The notes beneath the pieces were generated by a model. That model did no database searches, was not told where the DNA came from, and saw nothing but the letters and a program-made list of their open reading frames with translations. A program made the position numbers and the translations under genes. This document shows, one piece after another, positions 42,028 to 55,754 of a DNA stretch of 64,000 nt. Source of the DNA: Octopus vulgaris (Eukaryota). The stretch covers positions 60,450,001 to 60,514,000 of the forward strand of contig OX597822.1 of NCBI GenBank assembly GCA_951406725.2. Direction: 5' to 3'. Within the stretch, counting starts at the first letter, position 1. Every line of letters begins with the position of its first letter.

Positions 42028-42962
42028 CAACACTTCTGATACTATTCCCAAGGACCCAACAATAACTGGAACTATCTTCACCTTCTTTATTTTCCATAGC
42101 CAGTCTATTTTGTACTTAAGAGGGTTGTATTTATTTATCTTTTCGCCTTCCTTTTTTACTATTCGTGGGTCAAAGGGGCATGCAACGTCAACTATATAGC
42201 ATGTGTGGTGCACATTGTCCACCATCACCAGGTCCGGTCTGTTATGTTCTAGCACCTGATCTGTTTGGATTGGGAAATCCCAGAGGATTTTGCTAGTTTC
42301 CGATTCCGCCACTTTCTACGGTTTTTTGCTCATACCACTTCGTGCCCCTCTCTCTAGTCCCCACTTTGCATACAGTTTCCAATGTAGCACTTTCGCTACC
42401 TTATCGTGTCGCCACAACTTGTAGTGGTTTTGAGCGAGTCTAGGCCATTTGTTCGTGATATTTTTTTCTTCAAATTTTCTTTCGTTTCTCGCCGAGCGTT
42501 TTCCGTACACCTAGGGCAGAGAAGCTCATTGTATGCATTCCCAGATTACACACGCAAATTCACAGGTAAAATATGTATTTAAAAAATTAATAAATAAATT
42601 CATGAATGGATGTTGTTTTCACGGCGATAATGCTCTTCTCAGTACGTGAGCCATTCCAGTTAACACGATTTTTTGCACTTCCTGTAGGGATGGTAAGCCT
42701 GGTATCATTTTCAAATAGGTTTCACTTCCTTTTTTTATCATTCCTAGAGATCCTACAATCACTGGTATTGTAGTCGCCTTGAGATGCCACATTTTTTCAA
42801 TTTCTATTAGCAATATTTACTAATATTGTCAAATTCTTTCGCCGCTATATTGTGATCGCAAGGAATACTCACGTCAATTAATAAACACACCTTTTTTGTC
42901 TGATCATTTATAATAATATCCGGTTTATTAGCTTTTATAGTTTTGTCGGTATGTACGGGGAA

Positions 42963-43049
<87 letters not shown>

Positions 43050-43865
43050 TAGTCTTATTTTCATCACGTGCTTTCACTACACTACCGAGTTCTGTGTGCC
43101 TTGGGTATGTGCTGTGGTTTGTTGTGGTGCCCTTATTTTCGGTATATTGAAAGTATTTTACGTAGGATGTGTTTGGTGCCTAGTAGTACTATTTTCTGTA
43201 TGTTATGTATACTTGTAAGTTTTGGTGTTTTTGTTATGTATTTGTCTGAATTTTTTCTCATCATACCTAATGCGCCTACTATAATAGGAATTGTTTCTGT
43301 TTTCACGCTCCACATTCGCGTTACCTCTATTTCTAAATCTTTGTATTTTGAAAGTTTCTTTGTTTCGTTTAGAGAAACATTGTCATCTGTTTGTATTGAT
43401 ACATCGATTAGAAAGCATTTTTTTCTTCATGATCTCTGATAACTATATCCGGCCTATTGGCCTTAATCTCTCTATCTTTGTGTATTGGCATATTTCAGAG
43501 TATGGTTGCTTTCTCATTTTCTGTGACCTTTTCTGGCGTGTGCCTATACCATCTTTTTTCTATTGTTATTCCATAGTGTTGGCGTAGCTTCCAGTGAATA
43601 CAGGTTCCAACTGTCGTCCCTGTGGATATATTCCTTCTTAGCCAGGACTGGGCAACCGGAGACAATATGATTTATTGTTTCATCTCCACCACCACATATT
43701 CTGCAGTGACTTGTATTTCTTTCTTTTTTTTGGGGGGGGGGTACTGTGATTTCTGGTGGGAAGGTTTTGATCTTGTGCTGCAATTAATAATCCTTCAGTC
43801 TCTGCTTTGAGTCCTGAGCTTCTCAACCATTGTGGGGCTTTTGCTTTGTCTATTTCTTTTCTGCT
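42028..43865 (-). mobile_element. Three stacked R4/Dong-like REL 3' fragments (~42028-42505, ~42510-42963, ~43045-43865)
   Basis: RHDKVAK/LWDFPIQTD/NRPD; FPVHTDKTIKANKPD; CRICG..ETINHIVSGC; (TTA)n tracts at 42963-43045 and 43866-43933. Confidence 0.85.
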
Positions 43866-43866
43866 A

Positions 43867-43934
<68 letters not shown>

Positions 43935-44379
43935 TTGATGAAACTCTCAACTTATTTTGCTAAGTATGATGGAAGGTGTCAGCTGTCCACAGCCAGAAGA
44001 CTAAGGTGACACTTGTTTACTGGTCATGCTTCAAGGACCCTGCGAAGAATTCTTGAAGTTACAAACAATGCTGATTTTTGTAGGTGTTCTATCTTTATAT
44101 TTGTACCAGTCTTTTTGAACCATGTTGGTAGTTGAGTGCTGATACTTCCAAGTGCGCCAATTACTATCGGTATCACGTCTAATTTATTCATTGACCACAA
44201 CCTTCGTATTTCCCACTTTAAATCATCGTAGTTGTTCAGTTGTCACCGGGAATGCTATGTCGATTATCATGCAATTTATTTCCTTTTTATTCACCACTGA
44301 TCGTTTACTGATATGTTATATATTTCCAACACACTTATACACAAAAACATAATTGATGTACCCTCTGGGGCTTTACCTA

Positions 44380-44577
44380 ATATTGGTTTCAAATTTTGGC
44401 ACAAGGCCAGCAATTTTTGGAGAAGGTGTAAGTCGATTACATCTCTAATTGGTAATTATTTTATTGAACCCGGAAGAGCGACCGCGGAGGAATCTGAACT
44501 CAGAATATATAAAGGCGGGCGAAATGCCACTAAGCATTCTGTCTGGCGTGCTACCGAATTCGCCGACTCGCTGCCTT
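44380..44577 (-). mobile_element. Decayed SINE family A copy
   Basis: gaatctgaactcagaa...actaagcattctgtctggcgtgcta..ttcgccgactcgctgcc. Confidence 0.6.
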
Positions 44578-44713
44578 TGAAGTTTTACGTAATATTAATA
44601 TGCGTGTGTGATTGCATCTGTATATGTGTGATTGCATGTGTGTATGATGTATTTTTGTGTATATTTGACTGTAAAGATTCCATTTTCCTTCCATTGTTTT
44701 CTTCTGTTTTCAG

Positions 44714-44935
44714 GTTCGAACCGTAGAAGGTACTGGTCCGTTGACAGTAGGTATCCAAGGTCCTTGTCCGGCGAATTCTGTTGAAGAAATCTCTATAATT
44801 TACACAGACCACTGTACCTATGACGTCAGCTATTTCGTCACTAAAACTGGTTGTTACACACTGGACATTAAATGGGCAGGTCGTCATATCTTTCAAAGTC
44901 CTTTTTTCTGCCAAGTTTTGCCATTGAAGGAGTAA
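44714..44935 (+). CDS. Filamin-like gene, terminal coding exon completing the second Ig-filamin repeat
   Basis: ttctgttttcag|GTT (phase 0); VRTVEGTGPLTVGIQGP...TYDVSYFVTKTGCYTLDIKWAGRHIFQSPFFCQV..stop. Confidence 0.9.
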   Translation, partial: VRTVEGTGPLTVGIQGPCPANSVEEISIIYTDHCTYDVSYFVTKTGCYTLDIKWAGRHIFQSPFFCQVLPLKE

Positions 44936-45086
44936 ACGGAGTTAATGGTCTGACTTTGGGTTTTATTATTCAGATTTCTTATTGTCTTAAAAATGTTTTT
45001 GCACAAATTTTATCACGTTTTATTTATTAATTAATTAGTTAATTTAAAGAACACAAACAATAAGCATTGAGAAAATCACACGCTCT

Positions 45087-45142
<56 letters not shown>

Positions 45143-45318
45143 TACACACAAACACATACGCATATACACAAGCACAAAACATTTACTATAGGAGAGAGAC
45201 GAAAAGTGAGAATGAATGCTAAACACTGCATTTGCTGGAGAAAAATATTCCGAGAATTATTAAATCACAAATAAGGAATATGTGTACAGTTCTATATTTA
45301 AGAGATGAGAATTATGTA

Positions 45319-45540
45319 CATTATTTACATTATTTACAATCAACGGATATTTGTCCTCATCTTGTTTGTTGTTAACACGACGTTTCGGCTGATATACCAT
45401 CCAGCCTTCATCGAACCTGGGTTCTCAAAATTTCCCCAAGACACCTGATGAAGGCTGGAGGGTATATCAACCGAAACATTGTGTTAACAACAAACAAGAT
45501 GAGGATAAATATCCATCGAGTGTAAATAATGTAAATAATG
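45319..45540. mobile_element. Inverted Penelope-like pLTR pair with hammerhead motifs
   Basis: Arms ~45319-45412 / ~45447-45540. Right arm: acac-CTGATGA-aggctg..caacc-GAAAC-att-gtgt. Left arm (minus): ..GATGA-aggctg..cagcc-GAAAC-GTC-gtgt. Confidence 0.8.
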
Positions 45541-45629
45541 AAGGAATATGTGTGTATGTGAGTGTGTGTGTATGTATGTATGTATGTATGTATGTATGTA
45601 TGTATGTACAAACGGATAGATGGATATAT

Positions 45630-46277
<648 letters not shown>

Positions 46278-46771
46278 TGCTTCAGCATTCTAGTAAGGGA
46301 GGCGACTCTTTAATAGTAATTCGTTGCTACATAAAGCTGCAGACTAGCTACACTATTAACTGCATCTGAAAATACGTTAAGGCCATCTGTTGAAAGCCTG
46401 CCGAGACCAATATCATTTTTTATTGTTGGTTGACGCAGTAAAGCAACGGTAAAGTATTGCTGTCGATATAATCGACTGTACCTCACTCCTAACTTTGTGA
46501 CATTAATGCCTTAGAAATCATTATTATTGTTTAATCAGACCAACCGCAGTGATTATGAATTTTAGAAAACCTCAAGGTAGGAACGATAGAGAGTCTTACA
46601 GTTTTGGGTCGGTCGATTTTACGATTAAAGCTCGCTTATCACTAATGACAAATATGTGTACCAATACGTGAGTGAACTATATAATGTCTCTTGCATAAAA
46701 TAATCTTTTGTCTTAACCAAAAAAATGACATTACATACATACATACATATATACATACATACATACATACA

Positions 46772-46804
<33 letters not shown>

Positions 46805-46911
46805 TGCACATAAGTAATAAAGATATCCATGTATTAGTGCTTTACGGACAATAACGGACTGACTTGCTGATTCAACTGAATTTCATTTATTTCTTTTATA
46901 TACATATATAT

Positions 46912-47328
46912 AGGCGCAGGAGTGGCTGTGTGGTAAGTAGCTTGCTTCCCAACCACATGGTTCCGAGTTCAGTCCCACTGCGTGGTATCTTGGGCAAGTG
47001 TTTTCTACAATAGCGTCGGGCAGACAAAAGCCTTGTGAGTGGATTTGGTGGACGGAAACTGAAAGAAGCCCGTCCTATATATGTGTATATATATGTGTGT
47101 GTGTGTGTAAGTGTGTGTGTTTGCGTGTCTGTGTTTGTCCCCCCAACATCGCTTGACAACCGATGCTGGTGTGTTTACGTCTCCGCAACTTAGCGGTCCG
47201 GCAAAAAAGACCGATAGAATAAGTACTAGGCTTACAAAGAATAAGTCCCGGAGTCGATTTTCTCGACTAAAGGCGGTGCTCCAGCATGGCCACAGTCAAA
47301 TGATTGAAACAAATAAAAGAGTAAAGAG

Positions 47329-47330
<2 letters not shown>
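46912..47330 (+). mobile_element. tRNA-derived SINE family C (CORE-like head, internal microsatellite)
   Basis: gagtggctgtgtggtaag (A box), gagttcagtccc (B box), cttgggcaagtg, internal (TA)(TG) tract, tail ...tgaaacaaataaaagagtaaaga. Confidence 0.85.
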
Positions 47331-47416
<86 letters not shown>

Positions 47417-48263
47417 CTGGTTTCAGATACTAGGATGCAATTATGCTGAGGTACCTAGTACTTATTGTTTCGGTTCTCTTTTTGCCCAACTGCTTCAATA
47501 AGGGGACATAAACAAACTAACATTTCTTTTATCAAGCGACGACAGACAAACACAAACAAAAAGATACACACACATACGATAGTTTTCCGCACTGTCTCTT
47601 TGTACCAAATTTATTCACTGTTTAAACAATGAAATATTTACAATTGCACGTCTGTGCGAGTGACGTAGAGTTAAATAAACTTAAAAACCACTTTCCGTAA
47701 ACAATAGTAAATAACTTTTAATATTATAATTCGTTATGTTTCTGTGTTGATGGAATAGAAATAATAGTGGCTCTAAGCTGTCACCCAGTTTAACACCACC
47801 AACTTATTCTCTGTTTAATGGTATCCAGTATATTACACATATATACAGCAGATCTACAGTGTATGGATAATGAGATATCATCAGGCACTATAACTGTCTC
47901 CTATAGCAACACATGAGCAATAGTATGTTGCCTTTTATTCATACCTTTCTCGGTGCCAGCTTACAAAACAAGATCATAACATTGCACTACCTACCTCTCA
48001 CTTTACTATGTATGTGTGTGTGCGTGTGTGTGTATGTATGTATGTATGTATGTATGTATGTATATATGTATGTATGTATGTATGTATGTACGTACGTACG
48101 TATGTATGTATGTACGTACGTATGTATGTATGTATGTATGTATGTATGTATGTATGTATGTATGTATGTTCAAGCATTCATGCACATATATATATGCACA
48201 TACATACGTATACATATATGTAAATATATAAATAGAATTTTATTATGTGTAAATATGTTTATG

Positions 48264-48296
<33 letters not shown>

Positions 48297-48689
48297 AGAG
48301 AGCGGGAGAGATTTATGTATATATTCAAATATAACCTACATATAATTGCATGTATATCATACTACAAATACAAATAGAGATGTGAGAACAAGCAAGTATG
48401 CACGCACTCATGCCACACACGCAAGCACAAATGGACACACACACATACACACACAAACACACACACATGCAAGCACGCACACACTCACACGTAAAGAGAA
48501 CAGATAAATGTACAATTGGTTTTGTACCAGTGAAACGCCAGATGTTTTGTATAAGACTTCCTGTTTGTTTTGTGACTATTGACAATTACGTATAGATATA
48601 GCTCACTATCCCCACTACCACCACCACCACCACCGCTGCCACATCTACCGCCTTATTTTACAATTAACGCTTACATATTTAATGATTGT

Positions 48690-48742
<53 letters not shown>

Positions 48743-48800
48743 GAACGAATAACAAGGACAGCAACAGCATCAAAGCCAACTATTATGTTGGCAACGATTA

Positions 48801-49366
48801 TTGGGTTGCCCGGAAAATTCGTGCCGATTTTTAAAGGAAAGAAAAAGGTCAATAAATACTTGCCATTACATTTATAATCAACCAAATATGAACCATTTTG
48901 TTGCACAATGCGTCTCCATCTTTCTTTTAACTTGAAAATACCCTCTTCCCAGAATTGAGGGGGTTTCATGGCAAAGAATTCATTAAGGTATCTTTTTACG
49001 TCATCCAAGGAATTGAAATTTTTACCATTAAGACTATTCTGCAGAGACCTGAATAAGTGGAAATCCGAAGGAGCAATATCTGGGGAATATGGAGGGTGGG
49101 GTAACACATCCCAGCCGAGCTGCAGCAATTTTTGTCTGGTTTCCAAAGCATCAAGTGCCGAAAATGAACTTTCTTATCTTCCATTTTAAAGGGTTACAGA
49201 ATTAACACAGGTTATAGGAACATAAACTTCCTTCCACGAAAAGATAGCTTAAACTGTGTTCTAAATGGAGGTGTAGTCAAATCCTATTTTGTGAACTCAA
49301 CCATGTTCTAAAATAAGTCGAAAGGTAAGCTACTATAAATCGGCATGAACTTTCCGGACAACCCAA
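48801..49366 (-). mobile_element. Internally deleted mariner element with TIRs and TA target duplication
   Basis: TA|ttgggttgcccggaaaattcgtgccgattt ... aaatcggcatgaactttccggacaacccaa|TA; N-terminal MEDKKVHFRHLMLW joined to LGWDVLPHPPYSPDIAPSDFHLF. Confidence 0.92.
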
Positions 49367-49444
49367 TATAACAATATTAACATCAATAACATTTGTAGGA
49401 AGACAGAGCAACATTATTAACGATAATAGTATAATAATGATAAT

Positions 49445-49665
49445 ATTAATCCTTTCTGCTATTGATACAAAACCTGAAATATTGGGGGTGAGGGGACTAG
49501 ACGATTACATCGACCTCAGTGCTCAGCTGGTACTTATTTTATTGACCCCGAAAAGATGAAATGTGAAGTCGACCTCAGTGGAATTTGAACTCAGAATATA
49601 AAACTAGATGAAATGCCGCTAAGCATTTTGCCCAGTGTGATAACGACTCCGCCAACTCGTTGCCT
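49445..49665 (-). mobile_element. SINE family A copy
   Basis: ctggtacttattttattgaccccgaaaagatgaa...ggaatttgaactcagaa...gctaagcattttgccc. Confidence 0.75.
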
Positions 49666-51617
49666 TAATAATGATAATAATGATAATTTCTTAAATTGCC
49701 ACAAGGGGATTTATTGCATAAATTACAAAAACAATTCTGGACATGTTTAATCTTGATCAGAATTGTACAACTTAGGATTCAAAAAGAAGATAATGTTCTC
49801 TAGAACAGGAGGCAGGGTGGTCAGTCACTTATAGCCAGTCTAAGAACGCGATAGATTTACTTCTATTTTTGGCTAACACGTACAACGATACTCTCCTAGT
49901 TGGGTTTCCGGCTCACATGTACATTCATTCTCATCTTTCACCAACCTTTCAGCAAGTTCAGTGGAGAACACAACTCTCCTCCATTCTTTACCTTTTCTCC
50001 AAATCGGATGAAGTTTTGACCCAATAAGAAAATGGCTGCCTTCAATCCTGTAAATATGTCCGTCATACAATTTGTTTCTTCATCGCCACTTGATAAGGGT
50101 AAACTGCCCGTCCTTTTTGGCCAAGTCACCTGACAGAGGAAAACTCCTTCCCTTCTCCCTCAAATGCCCTCATCTTGCTAGTTAAGGTAGTGGAGATGGT
50201 GAGATTGGTATTGCTAACATAGACTGTTCGCGTGTGTGCTGGACAATCACATGCTTTCCCTCTTGTTTTGTGAATATTTTGACAGAAGAGTTTCTCCAGT
50301 TCTTCTGTCTTATCTCCCTTTAGTCTCTTTTACGTTCATCTAAACATGCAACACCATATCTCATAAAAATAGGTTTCTAATTAAGAAATTTCAAAAGCGT
50401 AGCGCCAGTAGGGATCATAATCAATTGACCTGTGTATTGTTCTACGGGTCAGTTTAGCACTTTAGAGGGAAAATAAATGACGAAAATAGTGAAGTTGAAT
50501 ACTAATATATCAGTGGGCAATGGACAACGAAAACGATGATGGCTACGTCGATGGATGATGATAGCGAAAAATTATGTAAAAACTGAAAGAAACAGTAGGA
50601 ATTGTTGAATAAGATCAATATTAATGTTAATCTCAAGTAAAATTATCTCAAGTAAAATTATCAGTCTTATTGACCAACACAAACATATCTTGTTTTGAGA
50701 CGTGGGGGAGGGGGTTAACGTAATTTCAAATACAGTAAAGAAACATGTAACTAAAACTTAAGAAATATTGTTGTGCAAGATTTTTGTGAATGACAAACAA
50801 ATGAAAATAATAACAAACACTAATTCAGTCTTATCTCAGTTCTCCATTGAATCAAGTTTTTACAGTATTTCTTTATAGTTTGGAAAGCAGGAGTGGAATT
50901 ACCTGATGTCTAAAAGCTGCATTTCTAAAACAAATCCACATACATTACCTTCACCTCACAGAATGTACGGTTATTATCGTTATTTTTGTTGGCTATTATG
51001 TAAAGAAACTGGTCACATAATCACGGCTATCACATACAAAACTTACATACTGATGTTTTAAAAAAATCTGCTGTATTATAAACCAATGCTTAGACAACAC
51101 AAATTAACTTTTGAACAAGGTCTAAATTTACCGAAAGCAAATCGGATTTGAATATCAATAGCTTTGTTCTCAGCCCCGTATTTGCTAAGCTTTGGATTTT
51201 TTCAATTTTGAGTTATCCTTAAAATTATTAACCACAATTTATCACCATGTAGTAGGTTGAATGGATCTACAAATTCATGAAATGCCTGAATGGTGTCTGT
51301 CTTCAACGATCAGCTAGGTGCAAGTATAGCCCTGTAATATTTAATTTGTTCATTTTTTTTTTGCTTTTGTTTTATTTTCTTAATTAGATCAAGTCATATC
51401 TTAGGTAGAATAAGTCTAGTGATGTTGATAGAGCAGTATTGATATTGATAAATCGATAACTTTGGGAGATTACAGATTGTAACTAATACATCTACTTTCG
51501 TTTTGACATGAATTATTTTATATAGTCGCTTGACTCTCAGAATCATATTGCATTTATAGGTGAGATGTAATGGAATATCCTATCTCTGCAATGCCATTGA
51601 AAATTTGTCAAGCGATA

Positions 51618-52244
<627 letters not shown>

Positions 52245-52791
52245 ACACAAAGTATCTAACTAGTCACTTCAGGCAGACGAAAAGGTCGCCACTCATGTTG
52301 TGCTCTACTGCTCACAGTATAATCTATTACTCCATGGAACCCATTTACTTCTTCATGATAGACACAGTATAGCGAAAATAATATAACGCATGTCGTCCAC
52401 TCTGCAGAAAATATATTAGTCATCCATAGATGAGTAAGCTTTATATTGTGGACGAAAAAATAATTTAAGAGCCAGAAGTAAATGAAGAATGAATCGCCAA
52501 CGTCATAAGGACACACAGCAGCCTCTTCTAAAAGCAATTATATGCATTGCACTTCTTTTTCTTCTACACACGCGCGCTGGCGCGCATATACACGCATATG
52601 TATACATATACACAAATATGTATATGTGTGTGCATACACATACACAACACACACGCAATGCACACTCACATAATCATTAAGGGCATGAAACTAGGTATTA
52701 GTATTTTTCGGTCGATAACAAATGAAATATTAGGGTCCTGGTTTTCTGTCCTACGTGTGCGTTTTGTAGTATTTAATGCAGTTTTATTTTC

Positions 52792-52839
<48 letters not shown>

Positions 52840-52993
52840 AAAGAAAGGTGCAGTATTCGTAATTGTGTATGTGCGTATGTGTATGCATATATATGTATGT
52901 GCATTTATATGTGTTGGGGATGGGCATCAATATTGGGATATTTTAACTCTATACTTGGTGAGAGAAATATCGGGTATCATATATGTATATACA

Positions 52994-53079
<86 letters not shown>

Positions 53080-54758
53080 CGCGTGCGCTCATATTGGGGT
53101 ATTGGGGTATTGGGGTATTGGGATAATGGGATTACGTTATTTCGTGGCAGTTATACTGGATGATGCAAATATTGTTATATAGCCAGAATGGGAGTTTGTA
53201 CAACAGGGTGTACGGTACGAAACATGTTGGGGAACTTTTAAATTTGGGACCGAAATGTTGGGACAGTACTTATTTCGAATCAATATACTGGGTTATTATG
53301 CGTATGGGACCAAGAAAATTGATGAGTGTGAATTTACATGAATTTGGTCAAGTAGATCTACATTGGGTTGGGGATGTTACTCTCTATAAAGAGTATCACA
53401 TATATGAATGTTATAATAACGAATTCCTCGCGTGGGGCGGTGCTGCACCTGCTTCACACGGAGAATCGTAGACTGTTCGAGAAACTGGTCACCCGAGTGA
53501 CTGGCTTTAAGTTTTAGACATATTCCAGCCTCTGGCCAACGGGTGTGTTGTCTCGCCTAACTTTTCTACCACAATCATAAAGGGATCTGGTTCTCAGAGC
53601 TGACTGTGCCCTTCCTCTCATCATCCGTATTTGCAACCTCACCAGGACCAATCCAGTTAGACCTTCGTTCCTTTTTTTCTAGAACGTCGACTCTCTAAAT
53701 TTCCCTTTCAGCTCATATCTTTTTTTCAGGTGTTGACGTATATTGGTGCAAGAACATAAAAGGCATAAAACTCATTAGTCTACAAGGGCCTGCGAACCTA
53801 TGAGCACTTCCACTTCTATCAGACGTGGCAAGTAAAAGATATATATACAGTATTGAATCATCTATATTTCATAGCTTCTTGCTACCAGATATCAAATGTA
53901 TCGGATCTCTAATATTTACTCCGACATATTCTTCATTATTGTTCGGTACTCTATAGTTTCACTATTTCTTGTTACCATTTATCATCTGCCACATATCCTC
54001 CCTAGTCATTCTATTAACAATCCATATGGTATGACGAATACGTCCTCATCTCCAATGCTTTGCTTTGTTAATTCAGCACTATAACCCAGAGATCTGACCA
54101 CTTTTTAAACAGTACTCTCTCTCTCTCTCTCTCTCTCCTTCTCTCTCTCCTTCTCTCTCTCTCCTTCTCTCTCTCACTTTTCCTTTTCTCTTCCTCCATA
54201 CATACACACATTCGTATAAACATACACACCTATATCCTAAACCCATTTCTTCCCCTTGTTCTTTGACAATATATTTTGTTCTTTGCATTTCTGTACCTAT
54301 CTTTTAAAAGTTAACCCATTTACTCCCGAGTCTTTTAATCTATCGCACACCCCATAACTAATTTCCTTTTACTCGTCATCCAGCCAATCACACTCAAAAT
54401 TCCACAATCCCACAAATCACAATAAATCACATGTATGAGAACAATAGGACGATGATTAAATCCACTATTTGCTGCAAATCCAGTTGTTGTAACCTCTCAA
54501 TTATAATTCAATTAATTATTATACAATGAGCACTTTAATTTATTCACTTAATATACCTTCTATCAAACTTTTGTAGATTTGTATTAATTTTGAAATAAAT
54601 AAAAATGAAAATAACAAATCTTTGTTAATAGATATTTCTCTTGAATAAAGCATCGCACTATTATAGTGCACGATATGCACTCGTTACATGCCTTATCATA
54701 TACGAGTATATGCAAGATTATATATCACTCTATATAAATGCATATATATATATACATG

Positions 54759-54827
<69 letters not shown>

Positions 54828-54870
54828 GTAAATATATATGAGTGCGGCTGTATTATGAAGGTAAGTAGGT

Positions 54871-54920
<50 letters not shown>

Positions 54921-54924
<4 letters not shown>

Positions 54925-55280
54925 CGGAGATGTACTCGCATAGCAAGTAATTTGATCTGAGATCGTGTGCTGAAACGAAAACAATTGCAGCGTGGAAGGT
55001 GTTTATAAGCCATTTAAGAAACACACAAACACCGTTAGATTCGCTTCAACATTTAAATTTAATTTGTCAAAATATTTTCGTTGCTTTGAAACCGCGACCT
55101 TTTCACTGACAAAACTTCATGCTGCATCTCAGTGATACAGCACGAACTTTTGTCAGTGAACAGGTCGCGGTTTCAAAGCGACGAAAATATTTTGACAAAT
55201 TAAACTTAAATGTTGAAGTGAATCGAACGGCTTTTGTGTGTTTCTTAAATGGCTTATAAACACCTTCCACGCTGCAATTG

Positions 55281-55281
<1 letters not shown>
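54921..55281. mobile_element. Short fold-back element, same family as 24822-26992
   Basis: 60-bp tail 54921-54980, arms 54981-55129 / 55135-55281, ~5-nt loop, (TA)n on both sides. Confidence 0.85.
55149..55199 (+). ncRNA. Hammerhead-like motif, G3/C8 core variant (mutated mirror copy at 55063-55113, minus)
   Basis: tttgtca-GTGAACA-g-gtcgc-ggtttcaaa-gcgac-GAAA-atat-TT-tgacaaa. Confidence 0.62.
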
Positions 55282-55332
<51 letters not shown>

Positions 55333-55691
55333 CACACATATATACATAATACATATATACATACATGTGTGTGTGTGTGTGTGTGTGTGTTTTAATAACA
55401 CCTATAAGGAGGTGATTTTTTTTCCATTTATCAAATAGAGCCATGGCCAGGAGGAACTGATGTCATCAGATGGTATCCAACGTTCGTCGGGTGTTTCGAC
55501 CCTGAACTGTAACACCCTCCCGTTGGGTCAGCAGAGGTGGCCAAGTCACTGCTCCTGGCTTCTTCTGGCTTCCAGCTTTACTCTTCTCTCTTACTCCAAT
55601 GCCAACAAGAGGCTCTTTCATCTGCAAGTGTTGCAAGTATATAATATTATATATATATACGCATGTATATTATATTATATATATACACATG

Positions 55692-55748
<57 letters not shown>

Positions 55749-55754
<6 letters not shown>

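Noticed and set aside
49810-50340. Short minus-strand ORFs as exons
   Set aside because: Interrupted by stops; they look like decayed LINE sequence and have no supportable splice structure.
53420-53475. ttcctcgcgtgggg resembling an HDV-like ribozyme loop
   Set aside because: Could not build P1, P2 or P3 helices.
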